Part shown: in pieces, positions 46,106-54,451 of the stretch
Numbering within the stretch: position 1 is the first letter of the stretch
Layout of the letters: each line of letters starts with the position of its first letter
Assembly: GCA_021811315.1 (NCBI GenBank)
Contig: JAJZPF010000002.1
Coordinates: 95,958 to 159,957 of the forward strand
From: a bacterium
GTDB taxonomy: Bacteria; Elusimicrobiota; Elusimicrobia; Elusimicrobiales; UBA9959
Direction of reading: 5' to 3'
Length of the DNA: 64,000 nucleotides
The notes under the pieces: model-generated
Told to the model about the DNA's origin: nothing
Seen by the model: the letters and a program-made list of their open reading frames with translations, nothing else
The model's database searches: none
Translations under genes and position numbers: made by a program

Positions 46106-47356
46106 TCACAAACCTATGTCTTTCCTGTACTGCATGCCTTCGAAATGTATTTTCGAGACGGCGGCATAGGCGCTCTTCCTGGCTTCTTCCAGGCTGGCTC
46201 CTGCGGCGGTCACGGAGAGCACGCGTCCCCCGCTGGTCACGTAGCCGTCGTCTTTTTTCTCCGTCCCGGCGTGGAAGACCAGCGCCCCGGCGGGAACTTT
46301 ATAAAGGCCGGTTATCTCTTTTCCTTTCTCCGGGTTCTCGGGATAGCCTCCGGCCGCCAGGCCTACGGAGACGCAGGCCTGCCCGTTGAGCTCCAGCTCT
46401 TTCCCGGCCAGCTTGCCGTCGGCGCAGGCCTTAAGCAGGGAAAGCAGGTCCCCCCTCAGGAGCGGCATTATCGCCTGGGTTTCGGGGTCCCCGAAACGGC
46501 AGTTGAACTCCAGGACCTTGGGGCCGTCCGGCGTGAACATTATCCCCGCGAAAACGACGCCGCAAAACGGGATCTGCTCCTTTTTTACGCCGTCCACGAA
46601 GCGCTGCAGTATTTCATTTTTTATTATTTCGAGGTCGGGGGCGGAGATCTCTACGGGGGCTACCGCGCCCATCCCCCCGGTATTGGGCCCCTGGTCGCCG
46701 TCTTTCAGGCGCTTATGGTCTCTCGCCACCGGGAGCATCAGGAAAGACTTGCCGTCCACCAGGGCCAGGACCGAAGCTTCCCGGCCGGTCAGGAATTCTT
46801 CCATGACCACTTTCGAGCCCGCGGAGCCGAAGATCCTTTTCTCCATGAAATCGGAAACGGCGCTCAGCGCTTCTTCCTCGTTCGCGCAGATGCGCACGCC
46901 CTTCCCGGCGGCCAGGCCGTCGGCCTTGATCACTACCGGGTATTTCTTGTTCTCTTTTATTTTTTCTCTTGCGAACTCAGCGGAGTAAAGGATGGTGAAG
47001 GAAGCGGTGGGAATGGAATTCCTTCCCATGAACTCCTTGGCGAACTGCTTGGAGGCTTCCAGCATGGCTCCCTTCTGCGAAGGGCCGAAGACCTTAACGC
47101 CCTTCGCGGAGAGAAAGTCGCTTATCCCTTTGGCCAGGGGCGCTTCCGGCCCTACCACGACGAGCTCTATCTTCTTCGCCAGGCAGCAGGCGTGTATTTT
47201 CTCGAAGTCGTCGACCGCTATTGCGTGGCATTCGGCCAGGCTTTTCATCGCGGCGGAGCCCGGCACGGCGTGCAGTTTCCCGAGCTGCGGGCTTTGCCTT
47301 ATCTTCCAGGCCAGGGCGTGCTCGCGGCCGCCGGAACCGATAAGAAGTACGTTCAC
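46106..47356 (-). CDS. purD: GAR synthetase (phosphoribosylamine-glycine ligase)
   Basis: (V)NVLLIGSGGREHALAWK N-terminus. Start placed at GTG 47356, overlapping the purF stop (GTGA). The track ORF extends upstream into purF. ATP-grasp motifs present. Confidence 0.88.
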   Translation of the reverse strand: MNVLLIGSGGREHALAWKIRQSPQLGKLHAVPGSAAMKSLAECHAIAVDDFEKIHACCLAKKIELVVVGPEAPLAKGISDFLSAKGVKVFGPSQKGAMLEASKQFAKEFMGRNSIPTASFTILYSAEFAREKIKENKKYPVVIKADGLAAGKGVRICANEEEALSAVSDFMEKRIFGSAGSKVVMEEFLTGREASVLALVDGKSFLMLPVARDHKRLKDGDQGPNTGGMGAVAPVEISAPDLEIIKNEILQRFVDGVKKEQIPFCGVVFAGIMFTPDGPKVLEFNCRFGDPETQAIMPLLRGDLLSLLKACADGKLAGKELELNGQACVSVGLAAGGYPENPEKGKEITGLYKVPAGALVFHAGTEKKDDGYVTSGGRVLSVTAAGASLEEARKSAYAAVSKIHFEGMQYRKDIGL

Positions 47357-48741
47357 AGCCCCGCCTTGGCAGGGAGGCCATAGGCCTTTGCCACCGCGTC
47401 CACGCGGGTATTGTATTTCCCGGTAAAGCAGGAAACGCAGAAATTCCTGTCCTTCTTGTCGCCGCAGGCGGAGACCAGGCTTTCCAGGCTGAGATAATGG
47501 AGCTCGTCGGCCCCGATGAAGCGGCGGATCTTCTCCACCGTCAGGTTGCAGGCTATCAGTTCCTTTTTGCTCGGCGTGTCTATGCCGTAGAAACACGGCG
47601 AGATGATGGCCGGGGAGGCGATGGCCATTATTATCTTCCTGGCGCCGGCCTTTTTGAGGCTCTTAACTATCTTGCGCGAAGTCGTCCCCCGCACCAGGGA
47701 ATCGTCTATAAGTATGATGGTCTTGCCCTGGATAACGTCCCTTATGGGCGCAAGCTTGAGGTGGGCGGTGAATTCCCTCAGGCGCTGGTCCGGCTGTATA
47801 AAAGAGCGGCCGGTATAATGGTTGCGCATGAAAACGGTCTGGAAAGGGAGCCCGGACTCGTCGGAAAAGCCCAGCGCGTAGACCGTGCCGGAATCCGGCA
47901 CGCCGGAAACTATGTCCGCCTTGACGCCCTGCATCTCGCGCGCCAGGAGGGCGCCTATCTCGTAGCGCGACGTCTGGACGGTCCGCCCGGCCACCACGGA
48001 ATCCGGCCTGGCGAAATAAACCTGTTCGAAGATGCAGCGGGTGAAATCCTTAGCCGGGGCGAAACGCCTGAAGCTGGCTTTTCCTCCCTCTATCGTTACC
48101 ATCTCTCCCGGCGCGATCTCCCTTACGACCTTTCCCCCCGCCACTTCGATAGCGCAGGTCTCGGACGCAAGCATGAAGGACTTTCCCAGCTTGCCCAGCA
48201 CCAGTGGCCTGAACCCATGGGGGTCGCGCGCGCCGATAAGCTTGCCCGGCGCCAGGAAGGCGAAAGCGTATGAGCCCTCAAGTTTCGGGAGATTTTTTGC
48301 GAGCGTATCGGACAGGCTGCTCCCGCGGTGTTTTGCCATCAGGTGCAGTATTACTTCGGTGTCGCTGGTGGACTGAAAAATCGCTCCGCCTTTCTGAAGC
48401 TGCTCTTTAAGGCCGTCGGAGTTGGTAAGATTACCGTTATGCGCTACGGCCACCTGGCCGAGATATGAATCCAGGACCAGCGGCTGGGCGTTCTTGATAT
48501 GGCTGGAGCCGGTAGTGGAGTAGCGGACATGGCCTATAGCGCTGCGGCCTTTAAGGGTTTCAAGGGCGTCTTTGGTGAAGATCTCGCTTACGAGGCCCAT
48601 GCCGAGGCTGTGACGCAGGAGCCCGTTATCATCCGTGACGATGCCGGCGGATTCCTGGCCGCGGTGCTGCAGGGTGAAGAGGCCTACATAAGCCAGCCTC
48701 GAAGCGTCCTTATTATCCGAGATAGCGAATATTCCGCACAT
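47353..48741 (-). CDS. purF: Amidophosphoribosyltransferase
   Basis: Mature-type N-terminus MCGIFAI from ATG 48741, with AAGGA 7 nt upstream. PRPP loop IILIDDSLVRGTT. C-terminal Cys residues. The track ORF start at 48930 lies inside the repeat element. Confidence 0.92.
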   Translation of the reverse strand: MCGIFAISDNKDASRLAYVGLFTLQHRGQESAGIVTDDNGLLRHSLGMGLVSEIFTKDALETLKGRSAIGHVRYSTTGSSHIKNAQPLVLDSYLGQVAVAHNGNLTNSDGLKEQLQKGGAIFQSTSDTEVILHLMAKHRGSSLSDTLAKNLPKLEGSYAFAFLAPGKLIGARDPHGFRPLVLGKLGKSFMLASETCAIEVAGGKVVREIAPGEMVTIEGGKASFRRFAPAKDFTRCIFEQVYFARPDSVVAGRTVQTSRYEIGALLAREMQGVKADIVSGVPDSGTVYALGFSDESGLPFQTVFMRNHYTGRSFIQPDQRLREFTAHLKLAPIRDVIQGKTIILIDDSLVRGTTSRKIVKSLKKAGARKIIMAIASPAIISPCFYGIDTPSKKELIACNLTVEKIRRFIGADELHYLSLESLVSACGDKKDRNFCVSCFTGKYNTRVDAVAKAYGLPAKAGL

Positions 48742-48753
48742 GTGTTTTCCTTT

Positions 48754-49019
48754 GGGCTTGCAACTAAATATTATGACCATCTGGCTGAGCTGATTTTGGA
48801 ACGAGACGAAGCGGCGTGAAGCGACGCGTACTACATGTACGCTAGCGGAACGCCGCGAAGGCGCAGCCCAAAAGCAGCCAGCCCCCCGGGGGAGGCCCAT
48901 CTTTGAACCGGCTACTGCGTTGCTCCTCACTCACAGACCACCAGTATGCTCGCTCGTCGCGCCTTGCATCCGGTTCAAATATGGGCCTCCAGATGGTCAT
49001 AATATTTAGTTGCAAGCCC
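48754..49019. repeat. Intergenic structured repeat, copy C: perfect 31-bp AT-rich inverted repeat enclosing two inverted core units
   Basis: GGGCTTGCAACTAAATATTATGACCATCTGG (48754-48784) is the exact reverse complement of 48989-49019. An inner 21-bp inverted repeat (20/21) lies at 48891-48911 / 48970-48990. Core blocks are shared with copy E: 48856-48880 vs 62846-62870 (22/25), and 48947-48967 reverse-complemented vs 62797-62817 (20/21). The element spans exactly from the purQ stop codon to 13 nt before the purF ATG. Confidence 0.9.
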
Positions 49020-49759
49020 TATCCGACGTAATCCACCGCGTTCTTGAAGAACTGGTACCCCGCGGCCGCGGCTTCCCGGGCGGCGGCGGGCCGGTCCGGG
49101 TTCTGCCAGGCGAAGAAGTTCCGCTCCGGGTGCGGCATCAGGCCGAAGCAGGTCCCCGCGGCATTGGTTATGCCGGCGATATCAAGCATGGAGCCGTTGG
49201 GGTTTTCCGAATAGGTCATGGCGTGGAGTTCGCGCGCGGTCAGGTCCGCCATTATTTTTTTGTCCTCCACGATGAACTTCCCCTCGCCGTGAGCGATAGG
49301 CAGCTCTATCTCTTCCGGGAGGCCCTTAGTGAAAATGCAGGGGCTCTTTTTATTGATCCTTACTTTTACCCACTTGGCCAGGAAATGGCCGCAGTCGTTG
49401 GTATAAAGCGTGGAAACCTGCGCGTTCCCTTTATTCTCTGGCAGGAAGCCGGTCTTCACAAGTATCTGGAAACCGTTGCAGATGCCGATGACCGGCCTTT
49501 TATCCTTGATGAAAGCCCCGAAATCCGCCGAGAGGCGGCTCATCTTCACCGCGTAGATCTTGCCGGCCGAGATATCGTCGCCGTAAGAGAAGCCGCCGGG
49601 GAAGGCCATCAGGGAATAATCCAGGACCTTTTTCTCCCCGGACAGAAGCTGGTTTATATGGACCAGTTCCGGCTCAGCTCCGACGTATTTAAAGGAATTG
49701 AAAGTTTCAATGTCGCAGTTAGTGGCGGTGCCCCGCAGGATTATGGCTTTGGGCTTCAT
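49019..49759 (-). CDS. purQ: FGAM synthase, glutamine amidotransferase subunit
   Basis: 246 aa; catalytic GICNGFQIL and HGEGKF motifs. Confidence 0.92.
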   Translation of the reverse strand: MKPKAIILRGTATNCDIETFNSFKYVGAEPELVHINQLLSGEKKVLDYSLMAFPGGFSYGDDISAGKIYAVKMSRLSADFGAFIKDKRPVIGICNGFQILVKTGFLPENKGNAQVSTLYTNDCGHFLAKWVKVRINKKSPCIFTKGLPEEIELPIAHGEGKFIVEDKKIMADLTARELHAMTYSENPNGSMLDIAGITNAAGTCFGLMPHPERNFFAWQNPDRPAAAREAAAAGYQFFKNAVDYVG

Positions 49760-52140
49760 ATGAGCTCCCTCTTCCAGCAGGTTTTCAGCGCAAAGATATC
49801 TTCCCTGAAAAGCTGAACGCCGCCGTCGTTCACATCCAGCAAAGGCTCCTCGTTAACAAACCCTATTTCGCCGACCGGCAGGCCCTTTACGTGCTTAAGG
49901 AATTCCGCCTCCCTGTCCTTTACCACCTCGAGGACAAGGCGCGAGGGGCTTTCCCCGAACAGAAGTTCCAGCGCCGACAGGCCTTTCTCCCGGCCCGCGG
50001 CGGAAAGGTCTATTTCCGCCCCGAAGCCGCCGGAGAAAGCCATCTCGGCGAGAGTAACGGCGAGCCCGCCCTGGGACACGTCGTGCGCGGCGCAGACGCA
50101 GCCGGTCTTTATGGCCTTAAGGAGGGCCGTATACATCCGCACGGCCGCTTTCATGTCCAGCGGGGCGATGTAGTTATTACCGGCGACCATCATATCGCCG
50201 TACACGGAGCCGCCGAGGCCGCGGCGGCTTACGCCGGCCAGGTAAACCGGGTTCCCGGCTTCCTTGAAGTTCATCGTTATAGCTTTGCGGATATCCTCCA
50301 CGGGCGCGGTGGCGGAGATCAGCAGCGAAAGCGGGATCGGGTATTCCTTCCCGTCGGCGTCTTTGGACTGGTTGTAGAAACTGTCCTTGCCGGAGATGAA
50401 GGGCGCGCCATAGGCCATGGCCGCGTCGTGGCAGCCTTCAGCCGCCAGGACCAGGTCCCCCATCACTTCCGGATCGCGGGGACTGGCCGCGCAGAAATTG
50501 TCCAGGATAGCCGTGCGCGAGATCTCCGCGCCGACGCAGAGCAGGTTCCTGACCGCTTCGTCCACAGTGTGCAGCGCCATCTGGTAGGGGTCTATCTTCC
50601 CCGCCGCCGGGTTGAAGCCGTGCGTTACGGCGAAGCCGGCGAAATCGTTCAGGTCCAGCGTGGCGGCCTGCGGCCAGATCACTGCCGCGTCGCCGGGGCC
50701 GTCGCCGTATTTACCCTGCAGCGGCTTTATCACGGTCCCGCCCTGCACTTCGTGGTCGTACTGGGTTATGACGGAATGCCGCGAGCACACATTAGGGTGC
50801 GCGAGCATTTCTTTAAGGATCCCGCCGTAAGTCTTCGCGGGCTGGAGCGGGGCGCCGTCGATTATCTTCACTTTGCGCCGCGCGGCTTTTTTTTCGAAAT
50901 TAGGAACCCCGCCGTGCAGGAAAGCCATAGGCAGGTCCACTATCTTCTCGTCGCCGTGCGTGACCAGGAGCTGCCCGTCGCCCGGGAAGGTCCCCAACAC
51001 GCAATATTCGCAGCTTTCAGCGTTAAGGATGGCCTCGAGCTTCTTAAGCTTGGCCTTGGGTACTGAAAGTATCATTCGCTCCTGCGACTCCGACACCCAG
51101 ATCTCCCAGGGCTCTATGCGGGTGTCTTTCAGTTGCGCGTCCTCCAGGCGTATCCGCGCCCCGGTCTCCGAACCCAGCTCGCCGATGGCCGAGGAGAAGC
51201 CGCCGGCCCCGCAGTCGGTCACGGCGTTGTACAGGCCGAGGTCGCGGGCGCGCATCAGCACGTCGAGGGTCTTTTTCTCGTTCACGGCGTGGCCTATCTG
51301 CACGGCCGAAGCGGAGGTGTCCTCTTCTATGTTCGCGGAGGAAAAAGTGGCGCCGTGGATCCCGTCGCGGCCGGTCCGACCGCCGATGGAGACGACCAGG
51401 TCGCCGGGGACCACTTTCTTGTCTATTTTGTCCGTCGGGATAAGCCCGGCGCAGCCGACGTAGACCAGCGGGTTGAGCAGGTACCCGTCGTCGAAATAGA
51501 GGCCGCCGGAGGCGGTGGGGATGCCGATGCGGTTGCCGTAATCGCGAACGCCTTCCACCACGCCGCGCATGATGCGCTCCGGGGAATGCGAATTTTTGGG
51601 GAGCTTTTTTTTGCTGTCGAGATAGCCGAAACAGAAATTATCGGTATTAAGCACGGGCTTCGCGCCCAGGCCGACGCCCAGGATGTCCCGGATCACCCCG
51701 CCTACGCCCGTCTCGGCGCCGCCGTAAGGCTCCACCGCGCAGGGATGGTTATGGGTTTCCGCCTTGAAAGCCAGTCCCCATTTCCCGTTCTTGCCGAATT
51801 CCACTATCCCGGCATTGTCGGTAAACACGGAAAGGCACCACTTCCTGTCCAGGGTCTTAGTAGCCTTCACGATAGTCTCTTTGAAGAGATTTTTGTATTT
51901 CTTTACTTTGCTTCCGGACTTGAAGGAAACCGGTCCGGAAAAAGTTTTATGCTTGCAGTGCTCGGACCAGGTCTGGGCCAGGGTCTCGAGTTCCCCGCGC
52001 GAAGGCTGCCTGCCCATTTTCCTGAACTCCCGCTGCACTTCGGCGAGCTCCAGCGCGTTCAGCGACCAGCCGCAGGTCCTGTCCAGCTCCGCCAGCTGCT
52101 TTTGACTTAAAGAGGTAAAATTAGAAAGAGGGTTTTGCAT
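49756..52140 (-). CDS. purL: FGAM synthase subunit II
   Basis: 794 aa; ETHNHP, GGVIRD, PurM-like repeated domains. 4-nt overlap with purQ. Confidence 0.92.
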   Translation of the reverse strand: MQNPLSNFTSLSQKQLAELDRTCGWSLNALELAEVQREFRKMGRQPSRGELETLAQTWSEHCKHKTFSGPVSFKSGSKVKKYKNLFKETIVKATKTLDRKWCLSVFTDNAGIVEFGKNGKWGLAFKAETHNHPCAVEPYGGAETGVGGVIRDILGVGLGAKPVLNTDNFCFGYLDSKKKLPKNSHSPERIMRGVVEGVRDYGNRIGIPTASGGLYFDDGYLLNPLVYVGCAGLIPTDKIDKKVVPGDLVVSIGGRTGRDGIHGATFSSANIEEDTSASAVQIGHAVNEKKTLDVLMRARDLGLYNAVTDCGAGGFSSAIGELGSETGARIRLEDAQLKDTRIEPWEIWVSESQERMILSVPKAKLKKLEAILNAESCEYCVLGTFPGDGQLLVTHGDEKIVDLPMAFLHGGVPNFEKKAARRKVKIIDGAPLQPAKTYGGILKEMLAHPNVCSRHSVITQYDHEVQGGTVIKPLQGKYGDGPGDAAVIWPQAATLDLNDFAGFAVTHGFNPAAGKIDPYQMALHTVDEAVRNLLCVGAEISRTAILDNFCAASPRDPEVMGDLVLAAEGCHDAAMAYGAPFISGKDSFYNQSKDADGKEYPIPLSLLISATAPVEDIRKAITMNFKEAGNPVYLAGVSRRGLGGSVYGDMMVAGNNYIAPLDMKAAVRMYTALLKAIKTGCVCAAHDVSQGGLAVTLAEMAFSGGFGAEIDLSAAGREKGLSALELLFGESPSRLVLEVVKDREAEFLKHVKGLPVGEIGFVNEEPLLDVNDGGVQLFREDIFALKTCWKRELI

Positions 52141-52146
52141 AGTTTC

Positions 52147-52596
52147 TCAGCATTTCTCGATTTTAAATTTATTTACCACTTCGTTCACCAGGATCTTGGA
52201 CACGGCCTGCTTTAGCTTCAGCCCGGAGGCGCAGGGCACATAATAGGCCCGGCCGAACCTGACCGCGGCGGGAGGCTTCCCCGCCACGTCGGCTACGGCC
52301 TCTTTCACGCTTTCTCCTACCACGTCGGTCACGGAATCCTTCAGCCAGACTTCCACCCTGTAAGCGTTCTTAAGCCCCGCTTTCCCGGGGGTCAGGGAGC
52401 AATGCTCGGTTATATTGTCGGTCAGCAGGTCCGAAGCTATTCTGGAGAAGTCCGCTTTTGTAAAGTCAGCGTCCACCCGGTAAAGGCGGGAAAGGCGCGC
52501 GGTTTTAACCTTCAGGCCGGCATGCGCCAGCCTGGCGATAAAAGCCTCTTCCTCGTTCCTGGCGTATTTCTCTTTGGTCCAGATCTCTATTATCAT
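52147..52596 (-). CDS. purS: PurS-like FGAM synthase subunit, double length (149 aa)
   Basis: Immediately upstream of purL. The C-terminal half (YRVEVWLKDSVTDVVGESVKEAV...VNEVVNKFKIEK) is PurS-like. The N-terminal half has a similar beta-alpha pattern. Typical PurS is about 80 aa. Confidence 0.7.
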   Translation of the reverse strand: MIIEIWTKEKYARNEEEAFIARLAHAGLKVKTARLSRLYRVDADFTKADFSRIASDLLTDNITEHCSLTPGKAGLKNAYRVEVWLKDSVTDVVGESVKEAVADVAGKPPAAVRFGRAYYVPCASGLKLKQAVSKILVNEVVNKFKIEKC

Positions 52597-52617
52597 TTGT
52601 ATACCTTAATTACGGCC

Positions 52618-52758
52618 GAAAAGTTTCTGATGAAACTTTTTCCTCGCATAGCTCGGACACTTCGTGCGGCATACACCCTTTCGGACCTGGCGCGCATAGC
52701 GCTTGGTCCTCGACCCTGCCGCCTTCGGCGTCCGGGGAATTCTGCAAATGCAGAATTC
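52618..52758. repeat. Structured purC-purS spacer (copy D, possible diverged family member)
   Basis: Hairpin AAAAGTTTC-TGAT-GAAACTTTT (52619-52640). Hairpin GAATTCTGCA-AA-TGCAGAATTC (52737-52758). The pyrimidine-rich middle, when reverse-complemented, contains CGAAGGCGGCAGG, GCGCTATGCGCGC and GCCGCACGAAGTGTCCGAG, which resemble core blocks of copies A/B/C/E. Confidence 0.5.
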
Positions 52759-52786
52759 GGGGTAAAAGAAGCCGCCGGGCGGCACT

Positions 52787-53662
52787 TCACCCGGCGGTTA
52801 TTTTGTTAAGGGCTTCCTCGTACTTTTTGAGGGTGCCCTGCACCACTTCTTCGGGCAGCGCGGGCGGCGCGGAATTCTTGTCCCAGCCGCTCCCCTCGAG
52901 CCAGTTGCGCACGTACTGCTTGTCGTAGCTCTCCGGGCTGGTCCCGATCCTGTACTGCGCCTTGTCCCAGAACCTGGAGGAGTCCGGGGTCAGCGCTTCG
53001 TCTATCAGTATCAGTTCTCCGTCCAGCAGGCCGAACTCGAATTTGGTGTCGGCCAAAAGTATGCCGCGGTTCTCAAGGTACTCCGCCGCGAATTTGTAAA
53101 GAGCGAGGCTTTTCTCCCTTATCTTCCCGGCCAGCCCGGGCCCGAGCGCTTCGGCCATCTGCTCGAAAGTTACGTTCTCGTCGTGGCCCTGGTCGGCTTT
53201 GCTCGTGGGAGTGAACACCGGCTCCGGCAGTTTTTGGGCCTCTTTAAGACCTGGCGGCAGCTTTAAGCCGCAGACGCTGCCCTGCTTCCGGTATTCCTTC
53301 CAGCCCGAGCCGGTAATATACCCGCGCACTATGCACTCGAAATCAACGCGCTTGGTCCTGTGCACCAGCACGGCGCGTCCCGCCAGCTGCGACCAGTCCA
53401 GGGCCGAACAGTCATAGCCGGCAAGCTTCGTCTTGATCTCGCTTATCTCGGCCGCTACGATATGGTTTTTAAGTATATTCCCGGTCCGCGCGAACCAGAA
53501 TGAACTTATTTTATTGAGGATGGCGCCCTTCCCAGTGATGGGCGTAGGCAGTATATAATCGAAAGCGGAGATCCTGTCCGAGGACACTATAAGAAGATAC
53601 TTCTCCCCGGCGGCATAAAGGTCCCGCACTTTGCCCTTGTGAATGAGTTTCAGTTCAGCCAT
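52787..53662 (-). CDS. purC: SAICAR synthetase
   Basis: Start at ATG 53662 (MAELKLIHKGKVRDLY) with AAGGAG 6 nt upstream. ADTKFEFG motif. The track ORF extends to 53713. Confidence 0.92.
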   Translation of the reverse strand: MAELKLIHKGKVRDLYAAGEKYLLIVSSDRISAFDYILPTPITGKGAILNKISSFWFARTGNILKNHIVAAEISEIKTKLAGYDCSALDWSQLAGRAVLVHRTKRVDFECIVRGYITGSGWKEYRKQGSVCGLKLPPGLKEAQKLPEPVFTPTSKADQGHDENVTFEQMAEALGPGLAGKIREKSLALYKFAAEYLENRGILLADTKFEFGLLDGELILIDEALTPDSSRFWDKAQYRIGTSPESYDKQYVRNWLEGSGWDKNSAPPALPEEVVQGTLKKYEEALNKITAG

Positions 53663-53709
53663 GCTCATCTCCTTATCGGTAGACTGCCGGTTTGTACTGC
53701 GCCCGCTGT

Positions 53710-54225
53710 TCACTTCATTTCTTCGAGATATCTCTTGTAGCCTTTCTTGTCCAGCTTCGCCGTCTTAGCCAGGACTTCCTTCTTCATCGCCGCCCTGTAA
53801 ATTTTAAGTTTGGCCCGGAGCCGGATTTCTTTGACAGCCAGTATCTGCACCGCCAGCAAACCGGCGTTCTTGGCGGCGTTCACGCCCACCGTGGCCACGG
53901 GGATGCCGGCCGGCATCTGCACTATGGACAGGAGGGAATCAAGGCCGTTAAGAGAAGTCGCGTTCATCGGAACGCCGACTACCGGCAGCACGGTGACGGC
54001 CGCGAGGACGCCGGGCAGGTGGGCCGCCCCCCCCGCGCCCGCGATGATAACGCCGAACCCGCGCTTCTCGGCCGAAGCGGCATAGGCCAGCGCGGCCTCC
54101 GGGGTGCGGTGCGCGGAAAGGATCTTGATCTCGAAAGGAACGGAGAAATGCTCCAGGATACCGGCGGCGGCGGACAGTACTCCCAGGTCTGAATCGCTTC
54201 CCATGACGATGGCTGCTTTAAGCAT
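53710..54225 (-). CDS. purE: N5-CAIR mutase (class I PurE-type sequence)
   Basis: [27 protein letters not shown] motifs. Start at ATG 54225 with GAGGTG upstream. The track ORF starts at GTG 54231. Confidence 0.9.
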   Translation of the reverse strand: MLKAAIVMGSDSDLGVLSAAAGILEHFSVPFEIKILSAHRTPEAALAYAASAEKRGFGVIIAGAGGAAHLPGVLAAVTVLPVVGVPMNATSLNGLDSLLSIVQMPAGIPVATVGVNAAKNAGLLAVQILAVKEIRLRAKLKIYRAAMKKEVLAKTAKLDKKGYKRYLEEMK

Positions 54226-54370
54226 AGTCACCTCTTTATAGGAACTGGTGGGGTTATGACCGCGATATTATTCTATGATTTTAAGACCTCCGGCACAAAT
54301 CCAGGGGCTTTTCCCCGTCGCGGGAGCGCAATACCGCGTACTACGCTTATTTATCCGGGCCGGAAGGCCC

Positions 54371-54399
54371 TTGACATTCCTGATTTGTATTAGTATAGT
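54371..54399 (+). promoter_or_regulatory. Sigma-70-type promoter upstream of hcp (TTGACA-17 nt-TATAGT)
   Basis: TTGACA at 54371-54376, 17-nt spacer, TATAGT at 54394-54399, about 50 nt upstream of the hcp ATG. An imperfect palindrome GTATTAGTATAGTTATAC (54387-54404, 14/18 symmetric) overlaps the -10. Confidence 0.6.
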
Positions 54400-54451
54400 T
54401 ATACCAGATTGCTAGTTACACCGAATTCAAACTAAACCAGGAGAATACTAA

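Noticed and set aside
52627-52636. CTGATGAAAC resembling the hammerhead ribozyme core (CUGAUGA...GAAAC)
   Set aside because: The motif forms the loop and 3' arm of a simple hairpin (52619-52640). There is no stem II between CUGAUGA and GAAA and no three-way junction.
54337-54348. The 10-mer CGCGTACTAC is shared by the hcp upstream region (54337-54346) and repeat copy C (48826-48835). CGATACTACGTAT upstream of the qNOR gene (58474-58486) is similar.
   Set aside because: These are short matches without common flanking context or consistent spacing to promoters. They cannot be distinguished from chance without a genome-wide count.
54226-54370. Looked for a purine or ZTP riboswitch upstream of purE, and for a ZTP riboswitch upstream of purNH (44914-45098)
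   Set aside because: I found no guanine/adenine-aptamer-like three-way junction sequence and no paired ZTP subdomains (GACUGGCG plus CCGCCUGGGC-type). The GACTGGGC at 44948-44955 (minus strand) is isolated. The same core element also occurs next to non-purine genes.
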